Shown here piece by piece: positions 19,198 to 29,040 of a stretch of 64,000 nt of DNA. The first letter of the stretch is position 1. The number at the start of each line of letters is the position of its first letter. The DNA is from Halobacteriales archaeon. Its GTDB lineage: Archaea; Halobacteriota; Halobacteria; Halobacteriales; SKSH01. Below the pieces are notes generated by a model. That model made no database searches, had not been told where the DNA came from, and worked only from the letters and a program-made list of their open reading frames with translations. The DNA is taken from the NCBI GenBank assembly GCA_007118145.1, contig SKSD01000015.1, positions 11,268-75,267 of the forward strand, in the 5' to 3' direction. The position numbers and the translations under genes are program-made.

Positions 19198-21171
19198 CTA
19201 GTCGCCAGCAGCCGCTGATCCACCTGCTGCCTGGAGGTTGCGGGCGTGTTGCAACTTACCACCAGCCGCGAGGAGTTCTCGCTCTCGATGGGTGGCGTCG
19301 AGTGTCGCGGACGCCTCCAGCTCGTCATTGATGGCGATATCGAACGTATCGGCACCGGCCAGCACCGCACCACTGATATCTGACTCCACGATCGAGACGG
19401 TATCACCCTGGTCGATCTGTGCGTAGGTGTCAGCATCGATGACGAGGGGAAGGATACCGAAATTGATCAGGTTAGCACGGTGAATCCGCGCGAAACTCTG
19501 AGCGAGGACTGCCTCGATGCCGAGGTACATCGGGCACATCGCCGCGTGCTCACGGGATGACCCTTGACCGTAGTTCTCTGCGGCGAGGAGGATGCCACCG
19601 TCTGCCTCCAAGGCTCGACTCGCGAAGCTTTCATCGACTCGTGAGAGTGTGTACTCAGAGAGCTTTGGGATGTTCGAGCGATACATGAGCACATCGCCCT
19701 TCGCCGGGATAATGTGATCTGTGGTGATGTTATCGCCCATCTTCAACAGTACTGGGCCCTCGATGTGCGCTGAAAGTCCGTCCTTGAGTGGGACGTCGCC
19801 GATGTTCGGACCCTTGATGAGTCGGTCATCGACGGCATTCTCAGGGGTGATGAGATCGGTGGTCGACCCATCAAAGGTCTCGGGGATCTCCATCCCAGGT
19901 GGTGACATATCGCCGAGTGTTTCCGCCAGATCACGAGGATCGATGAGTTCGCCAGCAAGCGCAGCAGCTGTCGCCACCTCGGGGCTTGACAGATAGACAG
20001 CATCATCCTCGAGCCCGGAGCGGCCCTCGAAGTTTCTGTTGAACGTGCGCACCGAGACTGAATCACTGCCGGGGACGTGACCGACGCCGATACACGCTCC
20101 ACATGTCGCCTCAGAGAAGTTGACCCCGGCTGCCATCATCTCCGCAGTCCATCCCTCTCTGGCGAGCATCTCAGATGCCTGTTTCGAACCTGGGGCGACG
20201 ATCATCTCGGTCCTCGGGTCGACCTGGCGACCCTCGAGCATCTTTGCGCTAGCGAGGATATCCTCGTACGCACCGTTCGTACACGAACCGATGATCACCT
20301 GCTCGACCGCCTCACCAGCGACCTCGCGGACGGGTACGACATTGTCCGGCATCGATGGGGCTGCGACGAGCGGCTCAATCGATGACAGATCCACCTCGAT
20401 CGTCTCGTCGTACTCTGCATCAGGGTCTGCTGTGACCTCTACGTAATCGTCAACCCGACCCAGTCGCTCGAGGTAGTCCCTCGTCAGCTCATCGGTCGGG
20501 AAGATCGACGAGGTCGCCCCGAGTTCGGTCCCCATGTTGGTGATGGTGGTCCGTTCGGGAACGGTCAGTGTCGATACACCCGGGCCGGTGAACTCGAAGA
20601 TACGGCCGACACCGCCCTTGACGGTCAGTCGGCGCAGCAGTTCGAGGATGACATCCTTCGCCGTTGCCCACGGGCTGAGCTCACCGGTCAGGTGGACGTT
20701 GACGATCTCGGGCATCTCGAAGAAATAGGGAGCGCCACCCATCGCGACCGCGACATCGATACCACCACTGCCGATGGCAAGCTGGCCAAGCCCACCTGGT
20801 GTGGGTGTGTGCGAGTCGCTGCCGAGCAGCGTCGCCCCCGGCTTGGCAAAGCGTTCTTTGTGCACCTGATGGCAGATACCGTTGCCCGGTCGGGAGAAGT
20901 AGGCACCATAGGTACCTGCGGCACTCCGGAGGAACCGATGGTCGTCCGTATTTTTAAAGTCGAACTGGTATGTCTGGTGGTCGCAGTACTGTGCCGCAAG
21001 GTCCGTCTTGACCTCATCGAGGTCCATGGCCTCAAACTGGAGCCAGACCATGGTGCCAGTCGTGTCCTGTGTGAGCACCTGATCGATCGTGATCCCGATC
21101 TCCTCACCCGGCACGAGTTCGCCGTCGACGAGGTGGTCATCAAGTATCTTCTCTGTGACTGTGAGTCCCAT
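19198..21171 (-). CDS. acn: aconitate hydratase
   Basis: 657 aa. Aconitase-family motifs: DQVLTQDTTGT, GSDSHTPT, IGSCTNG and a swivel domain with ENYGQGSSREHAA. Confidence 0.9.
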   Translation of the reverse strand: MGLTVTEKILDDHLVDGELVPGEEIGITIDQVLTQDTTGTMVWLQFEAMDLDEVKTDLAAQYCDHQTYQFDFKNTDDHRFLRSAAGTYGAYFSRPGNGICHQVHKERFAKPGATLLGSDSHTPTPGGLGQLAIGSGGIDVAVAMGGAPYFFEMPEIVNVHLTGELSPWATAKDVILELLRRLTVKGGVGRIFEFTGPGVSTLTVPERTTITNMGTELGATSSIFPTDELTRDYLERLGRVDDYVEVTADPDAEYDETIEVDLSSIEPLVAAPSMPDNVVPVREVAGEAVEQVIIGSCTNGAYEDILASAKMLEGRQVDPRTEMIVAPGSKQASEMLAREGWTAEMMAAGVNFSEATCGACIGVGHVPGSDSVSVRTFNRNFEGRSGLEDDAVYLSSPEVATAAALAGELIDPRDLAETLGDMSPPGMEIPETFDGSTTDLITPENAVDDRLIKGPNIGDVPLKDGLSAHIEGPVLLKMGDNITTDHIIPAKGDVLMYRSNIPKLSEYTLSRVDESFASRALEADGGILLAAENYGQGSSREHAAMCPMYLGIEAVLAQSFARIHRANLINFGILPLVIDADTYAQIDQGDTVSIVESDISGAVLAGADTFDIAINDELEASATLDATHRERELLAAGGKLQHARNLQAAGGSAAAGD

Positions 21172-21192
21172 ACGTCTAGGTGGTCATGTGAG

Positions 21193-21201
21193 TAATTTAA
21201 A
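21193..21201 (-). promoter_or_regulatory. TATA-box-like element (TTTAAATTA on the minus strand) upstream of the aconitase gene
   Basis: An AT-rich 9-mer centred about 27 nt upstream of the aconitase ATG (21171). The spacing fits a leaderless haloarchaeal transcript. Confidence 0.4.
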
Positions 21202-21262
21202 CCCGGCGAGATTGGCATTCGTACCGAAGGGTTTACTCAGGTGCCAGTCAGGGTGATGCGAT

Positions 21263-21727
21263 ATGTACCGTTCAGGTGGGTTCGTCAGCGACTATGTCGA
21301 CCCTGTGACCCAAGAGCAGGTGCAGCCAAACGGTGTCGATATCCGTGTCGATAGCATCGAACGACCGGTTGGACACGGCCGGATAGGGCGCTCGGACAAG
21401 ACCATCGGGGATCGCGAGTCGGTCGACGCGACCAGTGGTACATTCGAGCTCGACCCTGGTACCTACGTCGTCGGTTACCTCGAGCGACTTCGCATTCCAG
21501 AGGACCATATCGGGTTCATCCTCCCTCGCTCATCGTTGCTGCGCAACGGTTCGACGATCTATACGGCGGTGTGGGATACCGGCTATGAGGGGCGTGGTGA
21601 GGGGATGATGACCGTCGGTGCGCCGATCAGCATCGAATCAGAGGCACGAATCGCCCAGTTCGTCCTGGCGAGTGCGGATCACCTTGGTGCGTACGATGGT
21701 AGCTACCAAGGCGAACGACTCGACTGA
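21263..21727 (+). CDS. dut: dCTP deaminase/dUTPase-superfamily protein (archaeal dUTP diphosphatase-like)
   Basis: VQPNGVDIRVD, ILPRSSLLRNG and the WDTGYEGRG pattern. 154 aa. Confidence 0.75.
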   Translation: MYRSGGFVSDYVDPVTQEQVQPNGVDIRVDSIERPVGHGRIGRSDKTIGDRESVDATSGTFELDPGTYVVGYLERLRIPEDHIGFILPRSSLLRNGSTIYTAVWDTGYEGRGEGMMTVGAPISIESEARIAQFVLASADHLGAYDGSYQGERLD

Positions 21728-22034
21728 CTTGATAGGTATGTGTGGATGGATACGTTGGGATTGACGGTCACCACCACAAACAGAGAAAATCAGGTGGAAA
21801 GGCGGTGAGCGAGGCTTTCGAGAGGGAACGTTTAACGCTGCCACTGCGTTGATATCGTGCGATCGTGCCAATATTCGACAGGTACATCACGGCCTCAGAT
21901 TAGCACATCACGTTCACTTTCACCATGGCTGGCCGAGGTATATCCCCTCGACAACCTTCGATGTGTATGCCGCTCACCGGCACCCTACCAAACCCACGGT
22001 AACACGCTCGATTCCAACCCCAACCGTTCAAACC

Positions 22035-22187
22035 ATGGCTAGCACCACTCCTCCAATCGGAGAATGCCCTCGATGTGAGACACCGCTCACCCCAGCGACC
22101 GTCCTCATCGAGTACGAACGAAAGGATGGTCAACCAAGTCAGTACGCTGCCTGTCCGGAGTGTGCTGACGTAGTACGACCCCGATAG
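22035..22187 (+). CDS. small zinc-ribbon protein (50 aa)
   Basis: MASTTPPIGECPRCETPL...YAACPECADVVRPR has two CPxC pairs. This is the only acidic, coding-looking part of the longer track ORF 21849..22187. Confidence 0.5.
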   Translation: MASTTPPIGECPRCETPLTPATVLIEYERKDGQPSQYAACPECADVVRPR

Positions 22188-22267
22188 CCGGCGAGACGGC
22201 CGACCCTTTTCTGACGAACCACAAGCTAGACGACCTCGTGTCTCGAGTGACAACCTGTGAGTATCCG

Positions 22268-23206
22268 ATGGTGAGTACACTCGAAGCCATCACAGACTAT
22301 GAGCGCGCACTCGTCATCGGTATCGGCGGTGGTGGGGATATCGTCGGGACCATCCCCACGGGTCGATTATTGCAAACCCTCGGGGTCGAAGTGTACCTCG
22401 GAGGTATCGCCTGGCAACCGGTCCCGAGAGATGTCAAGCCTGGTCCGACGCCGCTGGCCGAGTTACTCGATGTGACCCCACTCGCTGCACACGTTGCAAG
22501 AGTACATCCACACGCGCGCACTATCGACGGCACCCAGCTCCCCGAGGGGATCGTCGCAGAGGCGGTCGATGAACCGGTGTTCATCCTCGATGTGGTCGAT
22601 GGCCCGTTCGCGTTGGCCGATTCACTCGCAGGCGTGCTCGATGAGCATCACATCGATCTCGTTGTTGGGATTGACGCCGGTGGTGATGTCCTCGCCATCG
22701 GAACTGAATCAGGCATTCGCAGTCCCATCAGTGATGCGTTTGGCTTGCTGCTCTTGCGTGAACTTGATGTCACGACACTCGTCGGTGTCATCGGATACGG
22801 AAGTGACGGTGAATTGACGCTAGACGAACTGAACGAGGCGGTCAGCGAGTTGGCCAGGCGAGATGGACTACTCGGTGCTTGGGGCATCACACCACGTGTC
22901 CGTGACGAACTAGAGGGATTGCTCGAATCGGTTGAGACCGAGGCAAGTCGACTCCCAGTCGAGGCAGCAGGTGGGTCATTCGGGAGGTTCAATATCCGAG
23001 ATGGCCGCCGGGTCGCCACCATCACCCCCTCGAGTATGATGACCTATTACTTCGATACCCAACGGGTGATCGACCGCTCGACGACCGTTCGACTCATCGA
23101 ATCAGCCACCGGTGTCGGTGAGGCAGCCGAACGACTCAGAGAGGCAGGTATCCATACCGAACTCGATACTGAACGCTCCCTGTTGCGAGACGATACAACG
23201 TCTTGA
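22268..23206 (+). CDS. DUF1152 domain protein
   Basis: ALVIGIGGGGDIVG and GIDAGGDVL glycine-rich motifs. The ATG at 22268 is preferred over the GTG at 22238. Confidence 0.7.
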   Translation: MVSTLEAITDYERALVIGIGGGGDIVGTIPTGRLLQTLGVEVYLGGIAWQPVPRDVKPGPTPLAELLDVTPLAAHVARVHPHARTIDGTQLPEGIVAEAVDEPVFILDVVDGPFALADSLAGVLDEHHIDLVVGIDAGGDVLAIGTESGIRSPISDAFGLLLLRELDVTTLVGVIGYGSDGELTLDELNEAVSELARRDGLLGAWGITPRVRDELEGLLESVETEASRLPVEAAGGSFGRFNIRDGRRVATITPSSMMTYYFDTQRVIDRSTTVRLIESATGVGEAAERLREAGIHTELDTERSLLRDDTTS

Positions 23207-23254
23207 ACTTATCCAATGGCTGAGCAGCAACCTTGGGCCAGTCTCGGTATCATC

Positions 23255-24472
23255 CTATCCGGGGGAGAGCTTCGCATACGGGCTGAGGTTGGTGGGCTCG
23301 AGTACCTCCGCCCGTTCAACGACCATCTCCGTCAGCTGATCGAAATCATCCGGTTCGAGCTGATCGATATCGGCAACACTCGCCTTCGTCATCACTCGAT
23401 CAGGGGCGATCGTGGGACATCCTGTAGGGACAGTTGACGACCGGAAGGTGCCGATATCTCTGGCGATATCCGTGATCTCGACCTTGTCCATCGTCAGCAG
23501 TGGCCGGTGAATCGGTAGCTCGGTCGCCATACCTGTCACCTCGAAGTTGGTCGCTGTCTGACTCGATTTCTGCCCCAGTGCCTCCCCGGTGACGATACCG
23601 ACTGCGCCCACGTCACGGGCGATATGCTCGGCGATCATGAACATGAAACGACGGAGGAGGAGCATCCGCCCGGCATCGACCTCGGCGACGAATCGCTCGA
23701 TGATATCACCAGCAGGGACGATATACGCCGGTTCGCGCTGGTCACCCGCATAACTGTGCAGTCTGGCGATCGCTTCGAGGGCGCGTGCTTGGTGATCTGC
23801 GCCACCGTACGTCCCAAGATCGACATAGACAGGAATGATCGGACTGCCTCTGCGCATGATACGATACGCGGCGACCGGTGAGTCGATACCCCCGCTGATC
23901 AACGCCACCATCGGTGCCTGCGTCCCCACGGGCAGCCCTCCGACGCCGGCAACGATATCCGTGAACACATAGGCGTGTTCTCGGCGAACCTCGATATGGA
24001 ACGTGATGTCCGGGTCATCGAGGTCGACCTCGGGGTCGAACTGTCCCTGAACGGCCTCGAAGACGGCCGAACCCGCCTCACGCTCGAGGTCGCCACTGGT
24101 GTAGGGAAGCCGCTTGTCTGCCCGTCGTGCCCGAACCGCGAAGGTGCCTCGTTCATACGTCTCTGAGGCCACCTCGGCGACCGTCGAGACGATCTCATCA
24201 CGGTCGCGAGAGATGCACAATGAGGGGCTCGCTGAGACAACACCGAACGTCTCCGACGCCACCTCCGTCGCTCTCGCAATCTGACCCTCATCGACGGCGA
24301 TGAACGGTCTGGACCACTGGAGGTCGATGTTCGCATCGATACCTGCACGGTCGAGTCCTGCACGGATATTGCTGACGAGCCGGTCCTCCATCATCCGCCG
24401 AACGCTCGGGCTCTTCGTCGAGATATCCCCGTATCTGACGAGTACGACATCGGCACCTCGGGGGATGATCAT
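23255..24472 (-). CDS. thiI: tRNA 4-thiouridine(8) synthase ThiI (THUMP plus PP-loop, no rhodanese domain)
   Basis: VLVRYGDISTKS marks a THUMP-type N-terminus and LISGGIDSPVAAY is the PP-loop. 405 aa. Confidence 0.85.
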   Translation of the reverse strand: MIIPRGADVVLVRYGDISTKSPSVRRMMEDRLVSNIRAGLDRAGIDANIDLQWSRPFIAVDEGQIARATEVASETFGVVSASPSLCISRDRDEIVSTVAEVASETYERGTFAVRARRADKRLPYTSGDLEREAGSAVFEAVQGQFDPEVDLDDPDITFHIEVRREHAYVFTDIVAGVGGLPVGTQAPMVALISGGIDSPVAAYRIMRRGSPIIPVYVDLGTYGGADHQARALEAIARLHSYAGDQREPAYIVPAGDIIERFVAEVDAGRMLLLRRFMFMIAEHIARDVGAVGIVTGEALGQKSSQTATNFEVTGMATELPIHRPLLTMDKVEITDIARDIGTFRSSTVPTGCPTIAPDRVMTKASVADIDQLEPDDFDQLTEMVVERAEVLEPTNLSPYAKLSPG

Positions 24473-24585
24473 CGACCCTGCTTAGCTGCCGTGTGGTATT
24501 ACCCGCTTCGCCTCGAACGTACGAATGTGAGGATGACCAGCCCGGAAAACAGCGATATCACGCCTATTTCGTGCGTGTGGCCTCC

Positions 24586-25302
24586 ATGACACCTAGCGAC
24601 GAGAAGGATCAAATCCGTAAGGAGGTGTGGGACACGCTCGAGACAGAGGGTCTTGCCAGATTCCCCTTCCCTCCACACGGTCGTATACCCAATTTCGAGG
24701 GGGCAGCAGAGGCTGCTTCGGCTGTATCAGAGCTCGAGTGGTGGGATGATGCCAGGGTGGTCAAGTGCAATCCTGATGCCCCCCAGCGATACGTCCGAGA
24801 GCGTGCCCTGCGCGCTGGGAAGGAGGTGGTCATGGCGGTCCCACGGCTAGGTACCGAACGGCCATTCCTTCGTATCGACCCGCGGCATCTCGACCACCCC
24901 GGTGATGCAGCCACCATCAGCGGTGCGCAAGAGTTCGGTGAACCCCATGCCGTGAACGAACTACCTGCGGTCGATGCCATCGTCGCTGGCAGTGTTGCGG
25001 TCGACGAGACCGGCCGTCGGATAGGTAAGGGAGAGGGATACAGTGACCTTGAGTTTGCCATGTTGCTCGAGTACGACCGAATAGATCGCGAACTCCCCAT
25101 CGTGACGACGGTTCATGAGGTGCAGGTCATTCCATCGCCCTTACCGACCGATGCTCACGATGTCCCACTCGATTGGATTGTCACCCCAGCACGAACAATT
25201 CGCACACGAGAGCGACCGTCAAGGCCAGCTGGTATCGACTGGAATCAGCTCGGCGACGAGCGTCTCGAGGAGATACCGGCTCTGGCTTCCTTGGCTGATT
25301 AA
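24586..25302 (+). CDS. 5-formyltetrahydrofolate cyclo-ligase family protein
   Basis: KDQIRKEVW, GRIPNFEGA, and GKGEGYSDLEF near the C-terminus. The start is taken at MTPSDEK. Confidence 0.7.
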   Translation: MTPSDEKDQIRKEVWDTLETEGLARFPFPPHGRIPNFEGAAEAASAVSELEWWDDARVVKCNPDAPQRYVRERALRAGKEVVMAVPRLGTERPFLRIDPRHLDHPGDAATISGAQEFGEPHAVNELPAVDAIVAGSVAVDETGRRIGKGEGYSDLEFAMLLEYDRIDRELPIVTTVHEVQVIPSPLPTDAHDVPLDWIVTPARTIRTRERPSRPAGIDWNQLGDERLEEIPALASLAD

Positions 25303-25440
25303 GGTGGTACATGTGTAGGGTATCCTTGATTGGCACCCACAGCAGTGAAAAATTCCGGCGTACAGTGAGCCAATCGTGGTACATACGCAGGGAGCCGTCT
25401 CGTAATGAATAAGTAGATACGGCAGGGAGCTTCCTCTGAC

Positions 25441-26205
25441 GTGACTCCAATGAGATGGGCGTCAGATCGACTCGCTCAGGTCGGGGAATTTGTCGTCCCG
25501 CTTTCCCATGCTCCCGGAGACGAGTGGCGGACGCAGGCGTCCGTGTTCGAGGAAATCTATTTCATCTTCCTTGCTCTCGGAACCGCCGTCGGTATCGTCG
25601 TCATCGGGTACATGTTGTACAACGGGTGGAAGTATAGCGCGAGCAAGGGCACGACCGAGCTCGATGATCCACCCGTTCTCGGTGAGTTACCTCGAGGCGA
25701 GGGCGGGGGGAAGAAACTGTTTCTCTCATTCGGGATCAGCGCGGTCATCGTGATCACGCTGATCGTCTGGTCATATAGCGCGCTCATCTACGCCGAACAA
25801 GGCCCAGAGGAGTTTGAGGACAACATGGTCGTCGAGGTCGAGGGTTATACGTTCGGCTGGGACTTCATCTACGAAAACGGTGAGACATCGACTAACACGC
25901 TTGTGGTCCCAGAGGACCACGTGGTCACATTAGAGGTGACGTCTCGGGACGTCTGGCATACCTTCGGGGTTACAGAGTTACGCATCAAAGCCGACTCTAT
26001 CCCCGGCCAGACGGCCACCACGTGGTTCATCGCAGATGAACAGGGAATCTACCTGGCTGAGTGCTTCGAACTGTGTGGTGCGGGACACTCGTTCATGGAG
26101 GCTGACGTAATCGTCGTCTCCGAGGAGACCTTCGAAGAGATGTATGACGAGTTCACCGAGACGGGATCCTTCCCGGACCCGCCTGACGATCTGGAGGAAC
26201 GCTAG
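25441..26205 (+). CDS. coxB: cytochrome c oxidase subunit II
   Basis: Two N-terminal TM helices and a cupredoxin domain with CuA ligands (DVWHTF, CFELCGAGHSFM). GTG at 25441 or ATG at 25450. Confidence 0.9.
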   Translation: MTPMRWASDRLAQVGEFVVPLSHAPGDEWRTQASVFEEIYFIFLALGTAVGIVVIGYMLYNGWKYSASKGTTELDDPPVLGELPRGEGGGKKLFLSFGISAVIVITLIVWSYSALIYAEQGPEEFEDNMVVEVEGYTFGWDFIYENGETSTNTLVVPEDHVVTLEVTSRDVWHTFGVTELRIKADSIPGQTATTWFIADEQGIYLAECFELCGAGHSFMEADVIVVSEETFEEMYDEFTETGSFPDPPDDLEER

Positions 26206-28647
26206 ATGAGCGAACACGGCCTTCCCCCGAAATCATCCATCAAGCGGTGGCTCGTCACGACGAATCACAAGGATATCGGTATCCTTTACATACTCACCTC
26301 GCTGTTCTTCCTGATCTTCGGTGGGACGCTCGCGCTATTGATCCGTTTACAACTTTGGACATCCGGAGAGTTCATCCTGTCCGGATCGGCATTCGGACAG
26401 GCTGTCACCGCACACGGACTGGTGATGGTGTTCTTCTTCCTCTCACCGTTCGCGTTCGGATTCGCCAACTACATCGTCCCCTTGCAGATAGGAGCCGATG
26501 ACCTTGCATTCCCGCGGCTGAACGCCCTGAGTTACTGGCTATACCTGTTCGCTGGGCTGTTGTTCTTGATATCGTTCTTCCAGGGCGGCTCACTCGAGGC
26601 GGGATGGACGATGTACGCACCGTTGAACCTGCCGACGTACATGCCGAACCCGGGAGCATCGACGGTGGTGGGTGCACTCTTGATGTTCGTCGCCTCGGTG
26701 ACCGTCTCGACGATCAACTTCGTCGTGACGATTCATCAGATGAAGGCAGACGGCCTCTCGCTATGGAACCTCCCGATGTTCACGTGGTCGATCCTACTCA
26801 CCGTGTGGATGATGCTCATCGCGTTCGCCGCGCTCGGTGCGGCACTCTTGATTCTCGGTGCTGACCACGTGCTGGATACGGTCTACTTCACCGAGGTCGA
26901 GGGTGGCTCGTTGCTATGGGCGCACCTGTTCTGGTTCTTCGGGCACCCCGAGGTGTACATCGTCTTCTTCCCGGCACTGGGCGTCATGCTCGAGACCTTC
27001 CAGACGTTCACTGGCCGCCGGTTGATCGGGCGTAAGTGGGTCATTCTCGCGATGATCCTCGTGACGCTGCAGAGTTTCCTCGTCTGGATGCACCACATGT
27101 TCCTGACGACGATCAACCTCGAGATCAAGACACTCATGATGGCGATGACGATCGGTATCTCACTCCCGTTCGACCTGATCGTCTTCGCCATGATCTACAC
27201 GCTGATCAAGGGCCGTATCCGGTGGACGACGCCCTTCCTGTTCAACTTCGGTGCGCTCGTCCTGTTCATCATCGGTGGGATCACCGGTGTCTTCCTCGGT
27301 GCGATCGTCCTCGACTACGAGTTCCGTGGGACGTACTGGGTCGTCGCTCACTTCCACTACGTGATGGTCGCGGGCGGTACGGCACTCTTCGGCGGGCTGT
27401 ACTACTGGTGGCCAAAGATCACCGGGAAGATGTACGACGAGTACCTCGGGAAGATGCACTTTGGTGCCTACTTCGTCGGGTTCAACCTGCTGTACTTCGC
27501 GATGTTCATGAGCTGGGAGATGCCGCGCCGGGTGTTCACCTATCATACTGGCTTTGAGGCATACAATCAGATGGCGACCATCGGTGGGTTCATCCTCGGT
27601 GCGTCGTTCCTCATCATGTTCTATAACTTCTACCAGAGCTGGTACCGCGGGCCGGTCGCAGATGGGAACCCATGGGAGTACTCCCGGACGGCCGAGTGGG
27701 CGACCGACTCACCACCACCGCTAGAGAACTGGGAGGGTATCCCGAATTACGAGAAGGGCTTCCTCGAGTTCGTCGACCGACCGGAGGGTCTGACCGATGG
27801 AGGCCACGGTGAAGATCATCACGACAGACACCCAGATCACGCGAGTATCTGGCCGTTGACCATCAGCCTGACAACCTTTATCGGACTCGCCGGCCTGATG
27901 TTGTGGGGTGAGCATATCGTCTACAACACGCTGTTCATCGTCGGCCTGTTCGCCACCCTCGTGGCGGCAGTTGGCTTCGCCCGAGAGGACTTTTATGCAC
28001 CTATGCCCGACTGGGGTGCACGCTGGCCATTCGAGGGGATCCATAAGAACAAGTTCGGCATGTGGATCTTCCTCGCATCGGACATCGTCATCTTCGGTGC
28101 GTTCATCGGTGCATACATCTTCATCCGATGGGGCTACGGATGGGAGGCGTGGCAGACGATTCCGCCCGAGGCATTACCAGGTCTGGTCAACACGTTCGTC
28201 CTGTTGACCAGCAGTTTCACGGTGATACTCGCCCTGGTCTACGCACAGCGGGGCAATCAAAAGGGTCTGGTGGCGAGTCTTATCGCCACCTTCGGGCTTG
28301 CGACCCTCTTCCTCGTCATCAAGTCGTGGGAGTGGAATTACCTCCTGCCCGAGGCTGAGACGCTCCCTGAGGCGACCATCGCGCTGTTCACCTTCGACTG
28401 GGACCCCCTCATCGGTACAGAGGGACCGGCACTCGATGCAAGCATCCAGCACTCCACGTACTACGTGACGACCGGCCTGCACGCCATCCACATCCTGATT
28501 GGGATGATCGCCCTCGGGTATCTCGCCATCAGAGCGTACCATGGCGCGTATCTCGATGACGAACAGCCTGTCGAGAACGTCGGCCTGTACTGGCACTTTG
28601 TCGACATCGCGTGGGTGTTCCTCTTCCCACTGTTCTACATCCTATGA
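26206..28647 (+). CDS. coxA: cytochrome c oxidase subunit I fused to subunit III
   Basis: Subunit I motifs: NHKDIG, WFFGHPEVYIV, HHMF and HFHYVM. They are followed in one frame by a 7-TM subunit III-like part (FGMWIFLASDIVIFG, YYVTTGLHAIHILIG, YWHFVDIAWVFLFPLFY). The ATG directly abuts the coxB stop. Confidence 0.9.
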   Translation: MSEHGLPPKSSIKRWLVTTNHKDIGILYILTSLFFLIFGGTLALLIRLQLWTSGEFILSGSAFGQAVTAHGLVMVFFFLSPFAFGFANYIVPLQIGADDLAFPRLNALSYWLYLFAGLLFLISFFQGGSLEAGWTMYAPLNLPTYMPNPGASTVVGALLMFVASVTVSTINFVVTIHQMKADGLSLWNLPMFTWSILLTVWMMLIAFAALGAALLILGADHVLDTVYFTEVEGGSLLWAHLFWFFGHPEVYIVFFPALGVMLETFQTFTGRRLIGRKWVILAMILVTLQSFLVWMHHMFLTTINLEIKTLMMAMTIGISLPFDLIVFAMIYTLIKGRIRWTTPFLFNFGALVLFIIGGITGVFLGAIVLDYEFRGTYWVVAHFHYVMVAGGTALFGGLYYWWPKITGKMYDEYLGKMHFGAYFVGFNLLYFAMFMSWEMPRRVFTYHTGFEAYNQMATIGGFILGASFLIMFYNFYQSWYRGPVADGNPWEYSRTAEWATDSPPPLENWEGIPNYEKGFLEFVDRPEGLTDGGHGEDHHDRHPDHASIWPLTISLTTFIGLAGLMLWGEHIVYNTLFIVGLFATLVAAVGFAREDFYAPMPDWGARWPFEGIHKNKFGMWIFLASDIVIFGAFIGAYIFIRWGYGWEAWQTIPPEALPGLVNTFVLLTSSFTVILALVYAQRGNQKGLVASLIATFGLATLFLVIKSWEWNYLLPEAETLPEATIALFTFDWDPLIGTEGPALDASIQHSTYYVTTGLHAIHILIGMIALGYLAIRAYHGAYLDDEQPVENVGLYWHFVDIAWVFLFPLFYIL

Positions 28648-28735
28648 CACGAGCAACCAACAGCAACACGAAGCGATCAATGACCCACCAATACCATCAC
28701 GTCACGGACATGACCCGGAGGTGGCTGCGCTAACC

Positions 28736-28993
28736 ATGGCATCGATCAAGTTCTACTTCGCCATCTACGTCGCGTTGCTTCTGCTCGCCGTCTCGAAGGT
28801 GGTATTCATGGAGCTACTCGACTACTGGGCAGCCGTCGGCGGCATCATGCTCTCGGCGGCGGTGAAGACGGGATTGATCGCCGGTTTCTACCAGCACCTC
28901 GTCGATGAACCACGCGCAGTGACATGGGTCGTCCTCATGGCAGTGGCAGCGGTCTTGCTCCTGGCATCAGCAGCTACCTTCTCGATCACCTGA
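28736..28993 (+). CDS. small oxidase subunit IV-like membrane protein
   Basis: 85 aa, three hydrophobic helices, with a K..L..GFYQHL motif resembling the prokaryotic COX4 family. Positioned at the end of the operon. Confidence 0.55.
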   Translation: MASIKFYFAIYVALLLLAVSKVVFMELLDYWAAVGGIMLSAAVKTGLIAGFYQHLVDEPRAVTWVVLMAVAAVLLLASAATFSIT

Positions 28994-29040
28994 GCAGGTG
29001 ATCATCCATACGAATACTCAGTTTCGCAACGAGCAGCGGA

